Positions 1 to 10,040 of a DNA stretch of 64,000 bases are shown one piece after another. The DNA lies in the NCBI GenBank assembly GCA_964566945.1, contig CAZMKE010000003.1:209224-273223 (forward strand), in the 5' to 3' direction. Under the pieces are notes generated by a model. The model saw only the letters and a program-made list of their open reading frames with translations, ran no database searches and was not told where the DNA came from. Source of the DNA: an uncultured Verrucomicrobiota bacterium. Lineage in GTDB: Bacteria; Verrucomicrobiota; Verrucomicrobiia; Limisphaerales; SXQI01. The position numbers and the translations under genes are program-made. Position 1 is the first letter of the stretch. The number at the start of each line of letters is the position of its first letter.

Positions 1-199
1 CCCTCGATCATGTTCCTCTGTTACATCGGTTTGATTCTCTCTTTCCGCCTGCGAGGTGGCTATCGGGCGGTCGAGATTCAGCACGCTGCTTCCGTTCCTC
101 AACCCTCAGTCTGATTTATCGATGCGGTTTGGTTGCGGACGCCCGCGAAAAAGCGGGGTGAAAGGATGCCGGTTTTTCGCCTGCGGTTGGCGAGGTTCA

Positions 200-3100
200 A
201 TGGTGGGCCTGACCGTCTTTGCTCTGGCTCTGGCCAGTCTGTCGGCCGCGGAATCGCCCAATCCCGCGATCTCAGTTGAACCGCCTATCTTCCCCGCGTC
301 GGATGAAGCGGAGATTGCCCTGAAGACCTTTCGGCCGGCCCCGGGATTGAAAGTGGACCTGTTCGCCGCTGAACCGCTCCTGGCCAATCCCGTGGCGTTC
401 ACCGTCGACAACCAGGGCCGGGCATACGTGGTCGAGACCTACCGGCGGCTCGCAGGCGTGCTCGATATCGAGAGCCGCGTCGATTGGGAGGATCCTGAGA
501 TCACGCGGGCTCTCGGTGCGAACGTCGTTGCCGATGATCTGCTTTCCGGTGACCTGGCCTGCCGGACGGTCGAGGAGAATCTCGCGTTCCTCCGGCGCCA
601 CCTTGGCCCGCGCGCGGCCAGCCTGGCCGGGCTTTCGGAGCGGGTGCGGTTGATCACACCCGGCCAGGGCGGGAAGGCGGGCATCTCTTCGATCTTTGCC
701 GAGGGGTTCAACCGGATGGGCGACGGAGTGGCGGCCGGGATTCTGGCCCAGCGCGGGCAGGTCTTGTTTGGCTGCCTGCCCGATCTGTGGGAGTTGCGCG
801 ATCCCAAAGGCACGGGAGCCGCCACGGAACGCAAGCTCCTCCAGCACGGCTACGGGGTCCATGTGGGCACCGGCTCGCATTCTCTGCACGGCTTCAAGAT
901 CGGGCCTGACGGCAAGCTCTACTTCAGCATGGGCGACCGGGGCGCGTCGGTCACCGCCTGGGACGGGACACGCGTGGACAATCCCGAATCAGGCGCGGTG
1001 TTTCGTTGCCGCTTGGACGGCTCGCATCTTGAATTATTTGCGACCGGGCTTCGCAATCCTCAATCGCTGGCGTTCGATCAATTCGGCAATCTGTTTACCG
1101 GAGACAATAATTCCGACGGGGGCGATCCCTCGCGCTGGGTGTATGTCGTTGAGGGTGGAGATAGCGGCTGGCGCGTGGGCTACCAATACATCGAGCTTCC
1201 CCCGGATGCTGAAGATTTGGTCCGGCCTCCCCGGCCGCGCGGCGCCTGGTTGAACGAGGGGCAATGTTTGCCGGCCTTCGAGGGGCAGGCGGCTTTTCTT
1301 GTCCCGCCGGTCGCCAACATCGCCAACGGCCCGTCCGGCCTGGTGTTCTATCCCGGCGTCGGTCTGCCCGATCGCTACAATGAGCATTTTTTCCTGTGCG
1401 ATTTCAAAGGATCGGCTGCCAACAGCTTGATTCATGCGTTCGCGTCGCAACCCAAGGGAGCCGGCTTTGAGATGGTCGATCGCTCGGTTCTGCTTTCCAA
1501 CACGCTCCCCACCGATGTCGCTTTCGGCCCGGATTGCCGGCTTTACTTTTCCGATTGGGTGCAGGGCTGGAAACCTCCGGGCAAAGGCCGGCTCTATCGC
1601 GTCTTTTCTGAGGATCTCGCCGGGAGCGCTCTCGCACTCGAGACGAAGCGGCTGCTCGGGGAAGGGCTCGAAGGCCGGTCGATCGCGGATCTTTCCACAC
1701 TGCTCAGCCATCCCGACCAGCGAGTGCGCCAGGCCGCCCAGTTCGCCCTCGCGGACGCCCGCGCCGTGGACGCTCTCGCACTCGTCTTGAACTCGCGCGA
1801 GAACCGTCTCGCCCGGCTCCATGCCCTCTGGGCTCTGGGCCAGATCCAGGAGGAGGCGGCCGCGAATCTTTCGGTGCTTGATCCGGTCGTGCCGCTGCTC
1901 GCGGATGCCGATCCTGAGGTGGCCGCGCAGGCGGCCAGAACTCTTGGGGATGCGCGCTGCGCCAAAGCCCTCCCGGGCCTGTTGGCGCTGGTGGCGGACT
2001 CTCGCAATCCGCGAGGGCAGTTCTTTTCCGCTCTGGCTCTCGGCAAGTTGGGCCGTCCGGAGGCCGCGCCTGCGGTGGTTGCGATGCTGCGGGCCAATGA
2101 CAACCGCGACCCGTTTCTGCGGCACGCGGGCGTCATGGCTTTGGCGGGACTCCAGAATCTTCCGGCCCTCTCCGCTGCTTCGGAAGATTCCGCGCCGTCC
2201 GTGCGCATGGCGGCTCTGCTGGCTCTGCGCCGCCAGAGCCGTCCCGAGGTCGCTCGGTTTCTCAAAGATCCGGACCCCGCCGTTGCGGTCGAAGCCGCTC
2301 TGGCCATCACCGACGCCGGCATCTATCCCGCTTTGTCTGAACTCGCTGGATTGCTGGGCGATACGGATCGGTGGCGGCGGCTGCCGGACGGCTCGAACGG
2401 ACGGCCGGATTTGCTCACCCCGTTTTTGCGCCGCGCGGTTAATGCCAACTTCCGCCTGGGAGGCGCCCAGTCGGCTCGCGCTCTGGCGGATTTTGCGCTT
2501 CAAGCTGCCGCCCCTGAAGCCGTGCGCGTGGAAGCGTTGCAACGGCTGGCCCAGTGGGACAAGCCGTCGCCCCGCGACGCTATTACCGGCCTTTACCGTC
2601 CGCTCCCTCCTCGGGAGCCTGCGGCCGCCATTTGGGCTCTCCGGTCGGCGCTCGGCGCCCTCTGGCGCGATCCCTCCCGGGCGATTCGCATTGCCGCCGC
2701 GCAACTGGCTGGCCGCTATCAACTGCAGGAAGCGGAGCCGGATCTCGCGGCTCTGGTGCTGGACCCGGCTGCTCCCGCCCGCGTCCGAGTCGCCAGCCTG
2801 CGAGCCCTGTCCCAGCTTCCTGCGAACCCCCGCGTGGAACAGGCTTTTGCCTCGGCGGAGAACGATCCCGTCGAGGCCCTCCGGCTTGAGGCCGCCCGCA
2901 TTCGCGCCCGCCTCGGAGGCGGGGCTTCCGTGACCCATCTGCTGGCCTTGCTGGAGCGCGGAACCACGCCGGAACAGCAAAATGCCCTCGCCTTGCTCGG
3001 CAATTCTCCGGACCCAGCGGCAGATCGCCTTCTCGCGGGCCAGCTCGATCGTCTGCTGAGCGGGAAGCTCAAGCGCGAACTGCAGTTGGATCTTCTCGAA

Positions 3101-3625
3101 GCCGTGGAGAAGCGGGCTTCTCCGCTCCTCCAACCCAAGCTCACTCAGTACCAGGCCTCGTTGCCGCCGGGCGACGATCTTGCTTCCTTTCGGCCCGCCT
3201 TATGTGGCGGCGATGCTCGCGAAGGCCGGAGGATCTTCCTCCAGCGGGCCGACGTGGCCTGCCTGCGCTGCCATAAGATCGGCAGTGACGGCAGCGAGGT
3301 CGGGCCGGTCCTCAGCTCGGTCGGCGCGCGCCTGGATCGACAGGCCATTCTTGAATCGATCGTTTATCCGAATAAGAGCATTGCCCCCGGTTTTGAAACC
3401 ACCATCCTCCGCTTGAAGGATGGCGCTGTTCAGGCCGGCATCCTGAAAAGCGAGACCGACCTGGCGATTACTCTGAACTCTCCCGAGTCCGGCCTCGTGC
3501 AAATCCTCAAAGCCGATGTCGCGAGCCGGGACCGTGGGCTCTCTGGCATGCCCGAGGGCTTCGGCGCGATCCTCAGCAAGCGCGACCTGCGCGACCTGGT
3601 TGAATTCCTGGCCGGCCAGCGCTGA
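200..3625 (+). CDS. PVC-type heme-binding (CxxCH) HEAT-repeat protein with an N-terminal membrane-bound-dehydrogenase-like domain
   Basis: ORF 56..3625. The ATG at 200 gives the signal peptide MVGLTVFALALASLSAAES. Central HEAT-like repeats (PEVAAQAARTLGD, PSVRMAALLAL). C-terminal cytochrome c motif CLRCHKIG, then PDLS..G. This architecture is typical of Planctomycetes and Verrucomicrobia. Confidence 0.85.
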   Translation: MVGLTVFALALASLSAAESPNPAISVEPPIFPASDEAEIALKTFRPAPGLKVDLFAAEPLLANPVAFTVDNQGRAYVVETYRRLAGVLDIESRVDWEDPEITRALGANVVADDLLSGDLACRTVEENLAFLRRHLGPRAASLAGLSERVRLITPGQGGKAGISSIFAEGFNRMGDGVAAGILAQRGQVLFGCLPDLWELRDPKGTGAATERKLLQHGYGVHVGTGSHSLHGFKIGPDGKLYFSMGDRGASVTAWDGTRVDNPESGAVFRCRLDGSHLELFATGLRNPQSLAFDQFGNLFTGDNNSDGGDPSRWVYVVEGGDSGWRVGYQYIELPPDAEDLVRPPRPRGAWLNEGQCLPAFEGQAAFLVPPVANIANGPSGLVFYPGVGLPDRYNEHFFLCDFKGSAANSLIHAFASQPKGAGFEMVDRSVLLSNTLPTDVAFGPDCRLYFSDWVQGWKPPGKGRLYRVFSEDLAGSALALETKRLLGEGLEGRSIADLSTLLSHPDQRVRQAAQFALADARAVDALALVLNSRENRLARLHALWALGQIQEEAAANLSVLDPVVPLLADADPEVAAQAARTLGDARCAKALPGLLALVADSRNPRGQFFSALALGKLGRPEAAPAVVAMLRANDNRDPFLRHAGVMALAGLQNLPALSAASEDSAPSVRMAALLALRRQSRPEVARFLKDPDPAVAVEAALAITDAGIYPALSELAGLLGDTDRWRRLPDGSNGRPDLLTPFLRRAVNANFRLGGAQSARALADFALQAAAPEAVRVEALQRLAQWDKPSPRDAITGLYRPLPPREPAAAIWALRSALGALWRDPSRAIRIAAAQLAGRYQLQEAEPDLAALVLDPAAPARVRVASLRALSQLPANPRVEQAFASAENDPVEALRLEAARIRARLGGGASVTHLLALLERGTTPEQQNALALLGNSPDPAADRLLAGQLDRLLSGKLKRELQLDLLEAVEKRASPLLQPKLTQYQASLPPGDDLASFRPALCGGDAREGRRIFLQRADVACLRCHKIGSDGSEVGPVLSSVGARLDRQAILESIVYPNKSIAPGFETTILRLKDGAVQAGILKSETDLAITLNSPESGLVQILKADVASRDRGLSGMPEGFGAILSKRDLRDLVEFLAGQR

Positions 3626-3824
3626 GTGCGGCTCTCGAGCCGAGGAGCAGAAAGTCATTTGGACCGCGGAGAGCGGAGAGGAGTTCGAAACGCTCAGCGG
3701 GCGGGGGCGGTTCGGAAACCGGCCTGAATGGCATTGATCCCTGTGGCTCAATCCTCTACCTTCTTTTGTCGATCATCGTAGGGAGTATGATCAAGATGTT
3801 TGAGGGACGGTTGGGGGCTTCAAA

Positions 3825-4562
3825 ATGCCGGCGGTCGCGGATCCGGGTGCTTTGGTCTGCGGGGCGGGGGAATGGGTGATTGCAGATATGGGTGTTTCTC
3901 GGGATTTGCCAAAAGCTTCAATTCTGGTCGTCGAAGACGATCCGGAGCAACAGTGGATCTATGCGCAAACTCTTTCTCAGTATCATCTCACTTTCGTTTC
4001 GACCGGGTCGGAGGCGCTGGAAAGCCTCCGGCAGGCGGCGCCCGACCTGATCCTGCTCGACCACATCCTGCGCGACGGCGAACTGGGCGGGCAATGGCTG
4101 CCCCGGCTCAAGGATGCGGCGGCGCACGTCCCGATCATCGTCATCTCCGGCATTCTCGAGCCGGCGGATAAGATCGAAATGTTGCAGGGCCCTCGCTCCG
4201 CCAGTTTTGTCGTGACCAAGCCGGTGCGGATGGAGGAGCTCGAAAGGACGGTCGAGATCGCTCTTACGGAATGCGGCGTGGGCGAGGCGGTGCGCATCCT
4301 CCAATCGATGGAGCGGGCCGAGAAAGGCGACCTGCAGGAGCCGGACCGGCGTTTTGTCGAGCGGCTCGCCCGGCAGCACGACATGCTGCGCAAGCTCCGC
4401 GCCGCAGGCGCCCCGGCGAACGTCTCGCAACTCAGCCGCGATTATCATGTCTCGCGCCGGACCATCGCGCGCGACCTGCAGGAGTTGGTGCAGCGCGGGC
4501 AATTGCCGGCTGCGCTCTACCCGGACCTGGAAGTTGAGGAGAGCAAAGACTCTCCCAAATAG
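3825..4562 (+). CDS. Response regulator: receiver domain plus C-terminal DeoR/HTH_11-like helix-turn-helix
   Basis: Receiver motifs ILVVEDDPEQ, DLILLDHIL and VVTKP. C-terminal VSQLSRDYHVSRRTIARDLQELVQRG. The start could instead be the internal ATG at 3888 (MGVSRDL). Confidence 0.8.
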   Translation: MPAVADPGALVCGAGEWVIADMGVSRDLPKASILVVEDDPEQQWIYAQTLSQYHLTFVSTGSEALESLRQAAPDLILLDHILRDGELGGQWLPRLKDAAAHVPIIVISGILEPADKIEMLQGPRSASFVVTKPVRMEELERTVEIALTECGVGEAVRILQSMERAEKGDLQEPDRRFVERLARQHDMLRKLRAAGAPANVSQLSRDYHVSRRTIARDLQELVQRGQLPAALYPDLEVEESKDSPK

Positions 4563-4565
4563 GCG

Positions 4566-5951
4566 CTACTCCGGCTCCACCACCGCTTCATGGCCGCTGA
4601 AGCTGAGGATCTTCACCCGCGTGCCGCGCTCGATCAATTCCCCCTGCGTGATCACGTCCAGGATCTTTTCGCCGAACTGCGCCTTCCCGCCCGGCCGGAG
4701 GGTCGAGATCGCCAGGCCCGTCTCCCCCACCTGCGCGGCTTGCGCCCGCGCCTGGCGCGCGACCGAGGCCGAGCCGCTCGTGCTGGCCGAGATCAATCGA
4801 TGGAAAAGGGGCGTCTTCAGGAGAAACCGGCTCAGGAAAATCATGATCACCATCGCTGCCAGGCCGGTGAGGAGCACGTTCAGGAGCGGCGCCTGGATCA
4901 AGGCAAAGGACGGCACGGCCGGCATGCCCGGATACACGTCCGCCATCGCCATGACCAGCGCCGCCAGCATCAATGCCCCTCCGGCCAGCCCCAGCACCAG
5001 CGTGCCGGGAAAGACGAACAGTTCGGTCGCGACCAGGCCCAGCCCCACCCCGAAAACCACCATCCATTCCAGCCCTGACAGGCCTGCCACGTACCCGCCC
5101 AGAAAATAGAGCGCGAAACAGACGATCCCCGCCACCCCGGGCAATCCGAAACCCGGCGTCTTCATCTCGATGTAAACCCCCACAATGCCGGCCAGCAGGA
5201 GCAGCGGCGCGATCGTCGTCAGCCAGCTCGCGACTTGCTCCGCGCCGGTTGGCGTCACCCGCACGATCTTTGCGCCTCCCCGGCCCAGATGCCGCAGCAC
5301 CCCTTCCAGATCTTCGAATGTCCCGCTCGAAAGCAGCGCTTTCGGAGGCGAACCGTACCGCCGCTCCGCCTGCACATTTGTCAGCGTCAGAATCTGCCCC
5401 TTCTCATTGATTGATTCCCCGTCGAGCGTCACCTCCTTGTTCCGGTCGATCATCGCTTCGATCACGTCCACGTTGTAGCCGTTCTTCTCCGCGCTCGTCC
5501 TTACCAGCGCCCGCACCGCCGAAGTCATTTTCGTTTCGACCGTGTCCGGCAGCTTCTCCACGCCGCCGCCCGGTGAAAGCATGATCGGCGCAGCCGCCCC
5601 GATCACGCTCTGGGGCGACATAAAGATCTGCTGCGTGGCCACCGCGATAAAGGCCCCGGCTGAGAACGCCTTGCGGTTGACATAAGTGATCGTCCGGCCT
5701 TTGAACTGCTCCAGCGCATGCAGAATCTCTTCCGTGGAATCGAGCCGTCCTCCCGGAGTCTCCATATCGAGCACGATCATATCCGCCTTCGCTTCGATCG
5801 CCTGTTTCACCCCGCGGCGGACCAGATAGGCCAGCGGCGTGGCGATTTCGTCCCGGATCGGGATGACGTAGACCGGCTGCTCCACCGCTGCCGCGGAGGA
5901 ACCGAGGAGAACCGCCGCCAGACAAAGCTTCAGGAATAAACCGGGGCGCAT
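4566..5951 (-). CDS. NfeD-family membrane-bound ClpP-class serine protease
   Basis: Signal peptide, ClpP-like N-domain (DMIVLDMETPGGRLDS, SAGAFIAVA), about 5 TM helices, and a C-terminal NfeD OB-fold (GLAISTLRPGGKAQFGEKILDVITQGELIERGTRVKI). Confidence 0.85.
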   Translation of the reverse strand: MRPGLFLKLCLAAVLLGSSAAAVEQPVYVIPIRDEIATPLAYLVRRGVKQAIEAKADMIVLDMETPGGRLDSTEEILHALEQFKGRTITYVNRKAFSAGAFIAVATQQIFMSPQSVIGAAAPIMLSPGGGVEKLPDTVETKMTSAVRALVRTSAEKNGYNVDVIEAMIDRNKEVTLDGESINEKGQILTLTNVQAERRYGSPPKALLSSGTFEDLEGVLRHLGRGGAKIVRVTPTGAEQVASWLTTIAPLLLLAGIVGVYIEMKTPGFGLPGVAGIVCFALYFLGGYVAGLSGLEWMVVFGVGLGLVATELFVFPGTLVLGLAGGALMLAALVMAMADVYPGMPAVPSFALIQAPLLNVLLTGLAAMVIMIFLSRFLLKTPLFHRLISASTSGSASVARQARAQAAQVGETGLAISTLRPGGKAQFGEKILDVITQGELIERGTRVKILSFSGHEAVVEPE

Positions 5952-6128
5952 AATTTCAATTTACCAAAGGCGCGCCCGAAAGTCAGAACATTGCCGCAGG
6001 GACGCGGGGGAGAGGTTGCAGGCCTGGCCCGGTGTTTTTCACAAACTGGAGGTACAGTTTGGGACAGTGGGCTGGCAGGGGATGGGCCAGGAACTGTTTT
6101 TGATAGGGGAGATGTTGGGGGACGTTTT

Positions 6129-6920
6129 TCATGCGGCCTCCGGTCGGGGATGTTGATGATTGGATGGGGTGGATGAATGGGACGGGCTGTTCCCGGCTGA
6201 CTTCGGGGAACCGGGTGAGGGACGACGGGGCGCGGCGGCCTTCCGGCGTGGTTTTGTGTGCGACGGTTGAGCGGGCGAATGCGCAGGCGGGCAGTCGTTG
6301 GCTGGTGCATTTGGTGTCGCTGTCGCGGGTTGCTCCGGGTTGAGCGAGGGTCCGGGTGAAACTTCCGATTCAGCCGAAGCCCGGGCAGCTTCGACGAAAA
6401 CCGGATGATGGCCGAGGACATGGTCGACGATGGCGGAAAAGCGGTCTCTTTCCTCGTCCAGGCTTGGCTCGGCCGGAGGAGCGGAGCGGCGGAGTTTTTC
6501 CTCCTGAATCTTCACCTTGCGCTCCTGGAGGTCGTTGGAGCGGTGGCGCTGGACGAGAAAGAGAAGGTCTTTAAGGCGTTGGAAATCGTCTTTGTCGTCA
6601 CTGCCAGCGAGAGCGAGATCGAAAGCGCGGCGTTCGAGAAGGTGAATGGTGGCGGCAGAGAAGTCGGTCTGAACGTCGGCAGCGAAACGATTGATCTCGC
6701 GCGCGGCTTCGGCAGCCTCGGGCGACTCGTCCAGAACTTCGCGAGCCCGGGCATGGGCGATGTAGCGCTGCAGGCTGGTTTTCGGAATGGTGCGGCCGAA
6801 CTGTTCCTGGGCGAGTTCGACCGCCTTGCGGTAGGAATGGAGTTCAACCCACTCGGTGAGCTGGGCGAGTTGAGCATCGGTAAGATCGGCCAAGGCTTTG
6901 ATAGGACGCGGTTGTTTCAT
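6129..6920 (-). CDS. Hypothetical protein with an N-terminal HTH-like segment and a Pro/Ser-rich C-terminal tail
   Basis: Only a long ORF with coding-like composition in its first ~170 aa (LTDAQLAQLTEWVELHSYRKAVELAQEQFG). The tail is low-complexity. No family recognised. Confidence 0.45.
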   Translation of the reverse strand: MKQPRPIKALADLTDAQLAQLTEWVELHSYRKAVELAQEQFGRTIPKTSLQRYIAHARAREVLDESPEAAEAAREINRFAADVQTDFSAATIHLLERRAFDLALAGSDDKDDFQRLKDLLFLVQRHRSNDLQERKVKIQEEKLRRSAPPAEPSLDEERDRFSAIVDHVLGHHPVFVEAARASAESEVSPGPSLNPEQPATATPNAPANDCPPAHSPAQPSHTKPRRKAAAPRRPSPGSPKSAGNSPSHSSTPSNHQHPRPEAA

Positions 6921-7172
6921 AGGGTTAAAGGTTGCAAGGTTGGAAAAAGGGATGGGCTGTCCGGGTTGTCAGAGAGCCTGCCCCTTTTCGGGTGGTGAAC
7001 GTTTGGGATGGGCAGGGACAGGCACCGCAGAGCGTGGGCGCAAAGGAGGAGCCTGACCCCGGATTTCGGGGATAAACGAAACGGGTCACCCGGGCTGGGA
7101 GGAAGTCTGAACAGGGCGTTGGAGCGCGCTGTTCGGACGGCCTGAAAGGACCGAGTGACACGGATACTGTTG

Positions 7173-7189
7173 ATCCATGTCACATGGAT
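7173..7189. promoter_or_regulatory. 8-bp-arm palindrome ATCCATGT-C-ACATGGAT in a 420-bp intergenic region
   Basis: Read directly from the sequence. It lies upstream of the minus-strand gene 6129..6920 and downstream of the LysR gene. An operator role is only a guess. Confidence 0.25.
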
Positions 7190-7340
7190 AGTAGATCAGG
7201 AGTGCTTTTGGTTGTCAAGAGAGGGAAAATGACTGTGGAGAAATGACCAAAAGCCAAATGACAAATATCAAGGGAAAGCAGGGGCGGGTGGCTAGCGGGT
7301 GGCTCTTCTGGGGTTGACCATCCGACCATTCAAGGCACCC

Positions 7341-8258
7341 TCAACAGTCGTTCCCAATTTGGAGGATATCCACGAGCGATTTCAACTGGCGCGCCAGGCC
7401 TTCCTTGCGGTCGAGCGTTCGCTGTCGATAGCAGAGGACATACCTTCGATCCATCGGTTTGAGCCACTGCAGAGGAACCCGGGCAAATTGGGAGGAGGGC
7501 AGCTCGATGCCGGCGATGTTCGGCAAAATCGCCGCTATGTTTCCCTGCTTGAGGATTTCGGTCATGAGCGGGAACGAACTGCAAACCATCCGGAAATCAA
7601 GCGCGAGGTCCTGTTTGCCGGATAGCTCTGCCAATCGTGTTTTGAATTGCCCTTCGCCTTCCAGCGTGGCCAGCGGAAGCGCGCGGAGAATTTCCCGGAC
7701 TCCTCTTCCCTTCGCTCTGGAGGCGAATTCAATCGGCAGGTAGAGGGAGTAACTGATCGTGCCGAGCGCTTTTTGCTTCAGATCTTTGGGACAGGCGTCC
7801 TCTCGCACGATGCCGAGATCCAAGTCCGATTCCAACAACCCGCGGACAATATCCTTCGATCGCAGATTCCGGAACTCGAAACGGCAATTCGGGAGGAGAT
7901 CGCGGACTGCGCTGAGCCGCGGAAACAAGAGCCAGTGGAAAATGCTTTCGCCAGCGCCGAAACAAACATCTTGAGGCAGCGAGCGCATTTCCCTGCGAGC
8001 AACCTGAAGGGCTGACATAAACTCCCTGGCCAGGGCCAGCAGCTTTTGGCCAGCCGGAGTTGGCTGAAAGGAATTCCTCTTCCGGACAAACAGCTCCGTG
8101 CCGAGGAACGTTTCCAATTCGCGCAGCTGCCGGCTGTATTGCGATTGGCGGACCGCCCCCTTGGCCGCCCGGGTAACGCCGCCCGCCTCGGCAATCTCAC
8201 AAAACGTTCTGAGCCGCTCCAACGATAATCCACGTTCCGCAAAGAGTTCTTCGAACAT
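7341..8258 (-). CDS. LysR-family transcriptional regulator
   Basis: N-terminal wHTH LERLRTFCEIAEAGGVTRAAKGAVRQSQYSRQLRELETFLGTELFVR plus a substrate-binding-domain length of ~200 aa. Divergent from rmuC. Confidence 0.9.
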   Translation of the reverse strand: MFEELFAERGLSLERLRTFCEIAEAGGVTRAAKGAVRQSQYSRQLRELETFLGTELFVRKRNSFQPTPAGQKLLALAREFMSALQVARREMRSLPQDVCFGAGESIFHWLLFPRLSAVRDLLPNCRFEFRNLRSKDIVRGLLESDLDLGIVREDACPKDLKQKALGTISYSLYLPIEFASRAKGRGVREILRALPLATLEGEGQFKTRLAELSGKQDLALDFRMVCSSFPLMTEILKQGNIAAILPNIAGIELPSSQFARVPLQWLKPMDRRYVLCYRQRTLDRKEGLARQLKSLVDILQIGNDC

Positions 8259-8329
8259 GACTTAAGAGTCATGGAGCATGCCGAACCATGCGTTTACAGT
8301 TCAAGTGTTTTTGGGGCACTGTCGCCCGC

Positions 8330-9889
8330 ATGAAATATGAATTGATCATGACCAGCCTGGCTTTTGTTCTCGTGGGAGGTTCTTTGGGCGCATTTTTCGC
8401 GGTTCGATGGTTCAAATCGAAACTGGAGTCCGTGAATGCCGAAAATCTCGCAGCGCAGACCGGACTGGCGCGCGCTGAAGCTCTCCAGGAACAGCGCGGA
8501 CAAGAAATCGCGCACCTGAATGCCTTGCTCACGGCGGCCAACACCGAGAAGGAGCGATTGCAAGGTGACCTTATCGAAGCGACTACCCGCGGCGCCGCCG
8601 TCGGCGAGAGGGCCAACCGGATTCCAGAACTCGAGAGGGAGATCGCCAAGCAAGAGCAACAACTGACGGCTGCGCGGGAAGAACTCAGTCAACAAAAAGA
8701 AGCCCTCGCCAGGCTCAACGCGCAATTTGAGGAGGAGCGGAAAGCCGCAGAGGAGAAACTCGCCCTCGTTACGCGGGCGAAGGAAGAGCTCGGCCTGCAG
8801 TTCAAAGCGCTGTCTGCTGAGGCTCTCCAGAGTAACAATCAATCCTTTCTTGATCTCGCGAAGGAGGCGTTGGGAAAGTTTCAGCAAAGCGCGCAATCGG
8901 ACCTCACCTCCCGGCAAAAGGCGATTGACGAGGTCGTCAAGCCGCTCAAGGAATCGCTGCAAAAGGTGGACGGCCAGATCGCCCTGATCGAAACAGAACG
9001 GACGCGCGCCTACGCCTCGCTGACTCAGCAGGTCGGTTCCATGGCGACGACCCAAAAGCAGCTTCAGACCGAGACAGCCAACCTTGTCCAGGCGCTGCGC
9101 TCGCCGCAGGTCCGCGGCCGCTGGGGCGAAATCCAGTTGAAGCGCGTGGTTGAAATCGCCGGCATGCTTGAGCACTGCGATTTCATCCAGCAGGAATCCG
9201 TCACCACCGATGAGGGCCGCTTGCGACCAGACCTCATTGTGAAATTGCCCGGCAGCAAGAACATCATCGTGGATGCGAAGTGCCCTCTTCAGGCCTACCT
9301 GGATGCTCTCGCGACGACCGACGAATCCGCCCGGCTCGCTCTCCTAAGAAAGCACGCGAAGCAGGTTTCCGAGCACATTTCCAAGCTCAGCACCAAGGCC
9401 TACTGGACGCAGTTCGACGCGGCTCCGGAGTTTGTATTCCTTTTCCTGCCCGGTGAGGCGTTCTTTAGCGCAGCGCTCGAGCAGGATCCGACACTGATCG
9501 AAACGGGGGCCGATAGCCGGGTGATTCTGGCCACGCCCACAACTTTGATCGCGCTTCTGCGGGCGGTGTCACATGGCTGGCGCCAGGAACGAATTGCCGA
9601 AAATGCCCAGGCTATCAGCAATCTCGGACGTGAATTGCACGACCGCCTCCGCGTCTTCGCGGAACACGTCGGGACGATCGGTGAGCGCCTGGGCGGTGCG
9701 GTGCAGGCTTATAACAAAGCCGCCGGATCGCTCGAAGGCCGGGTGCTGGTCACGGCGCGCAAGTTGAAAGAGATCGGCGGCACGGTCGATAAAGAGATTG
9801 AATTGGTGGACTGCATCGAAGTGCTGCCGCGCCCGCTCCAGCTCCCTCCGTTGCCCGCCGCTACCGAGAGTGCCGTCGGGGCCAGCTGA
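8330..9889 (+). CDS. rmuC: DNA recombination protein RmuC
   Basis: N-terminal TM helix, long coiled coil, and the RmuC core [29 protein letters not shown]...DAKCPLQAY...FLPGEAFF. The ORF opens at 8288; the ATG at 8330 (MKYELIM) is the preferred start. Confidence 0.9.
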   Translation: MKYELIMTSLAFVLVGGSLGAFFAVRWFKSKLESVNAENLAAQTGLARAEALQEQRGQEIAHLNALLTAANTEKERLQGDLIEATTRGAAVGERANRIPELEREIAKQEQQLTAAREELSQQKEALARLNAQFEEERKAAEEKLALVTRAKEELGLQFKALSAEALQSNNQSFLDLAKEALGKFQQSAQSDLTSRQKAIDEVVKPLKESLQKVDGQIALIETERTRAYASLTQQVGSMATTQKQLQTETANLVQALRSPQVRGRWGEIQLKRVVEIAGMLEHCDFIQQESVTTDEGRLRPDLIVKLPGSKNIIVDAKCPLQAYLDALATTDESARLALLRKHAKQVSEHISKLSTKAYWTQFDAAPEFVFLFLPGEAFFSAALEQDPTLIETGADSRVILATPTTLIALLRAVSHGWRQERIAENAQAISNLGRELHDRLRVFAEHVGTIGERLGGAVQAYNKAAGSLEGRVLVTARKLKEIGGTVDKEIELVDCIEVLPRPLQLPPLPAATESAVGAS

Positions 9890-9893
9890 TTCC

Positions 9894-9917
9894 CGGAAAC
9901 GATGCGTTTTCCGTTTG
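9894..9917 (+). terminator. Possible intrinsic terminator after rmuC
   Basis: Hairpin CGGAAA-N8-TTTCCG followed by TTTG. The stem is short and AT-rich, so support is weak. Confidence 0.3.
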
Positions 9918-10040
9918 CATCTTAGAACGACTCTTGTTTAATCCGCATGAATTCGCTGCGATCTGTTGCGAAGGCTAAAAGTCTTCCGGGAATCGCAGCA
10001 CAGGCAGGGACGGCAATGGCAGAGGACGGACGGGCACAAT

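Noticed and set aside
56-199. N-terminal 48-aa extension of the first ORF
   Set aside because: The extension is basic with no signal peptide. The internal ATG at 200 yields a canonical signal peptide.
1034-3133. 699-aa minus-strand ORF
   Set aside because: It is antisense to the well-supported heme/HEAT gene. The translation is Arg/Gly/Pro-rich and low-complexity with no motifs, a typical high-GC antisense artefact.
7080-7160. RNase P or SRP RNA, suggested by GGGAGGAAGTCTGAACAGG
   Set aside because: It only loosely resembles the RNase P P4 GAGGAAAGTCC element. No matching 3' P4 strand or other conserved RNase P or SRP elements were seen.
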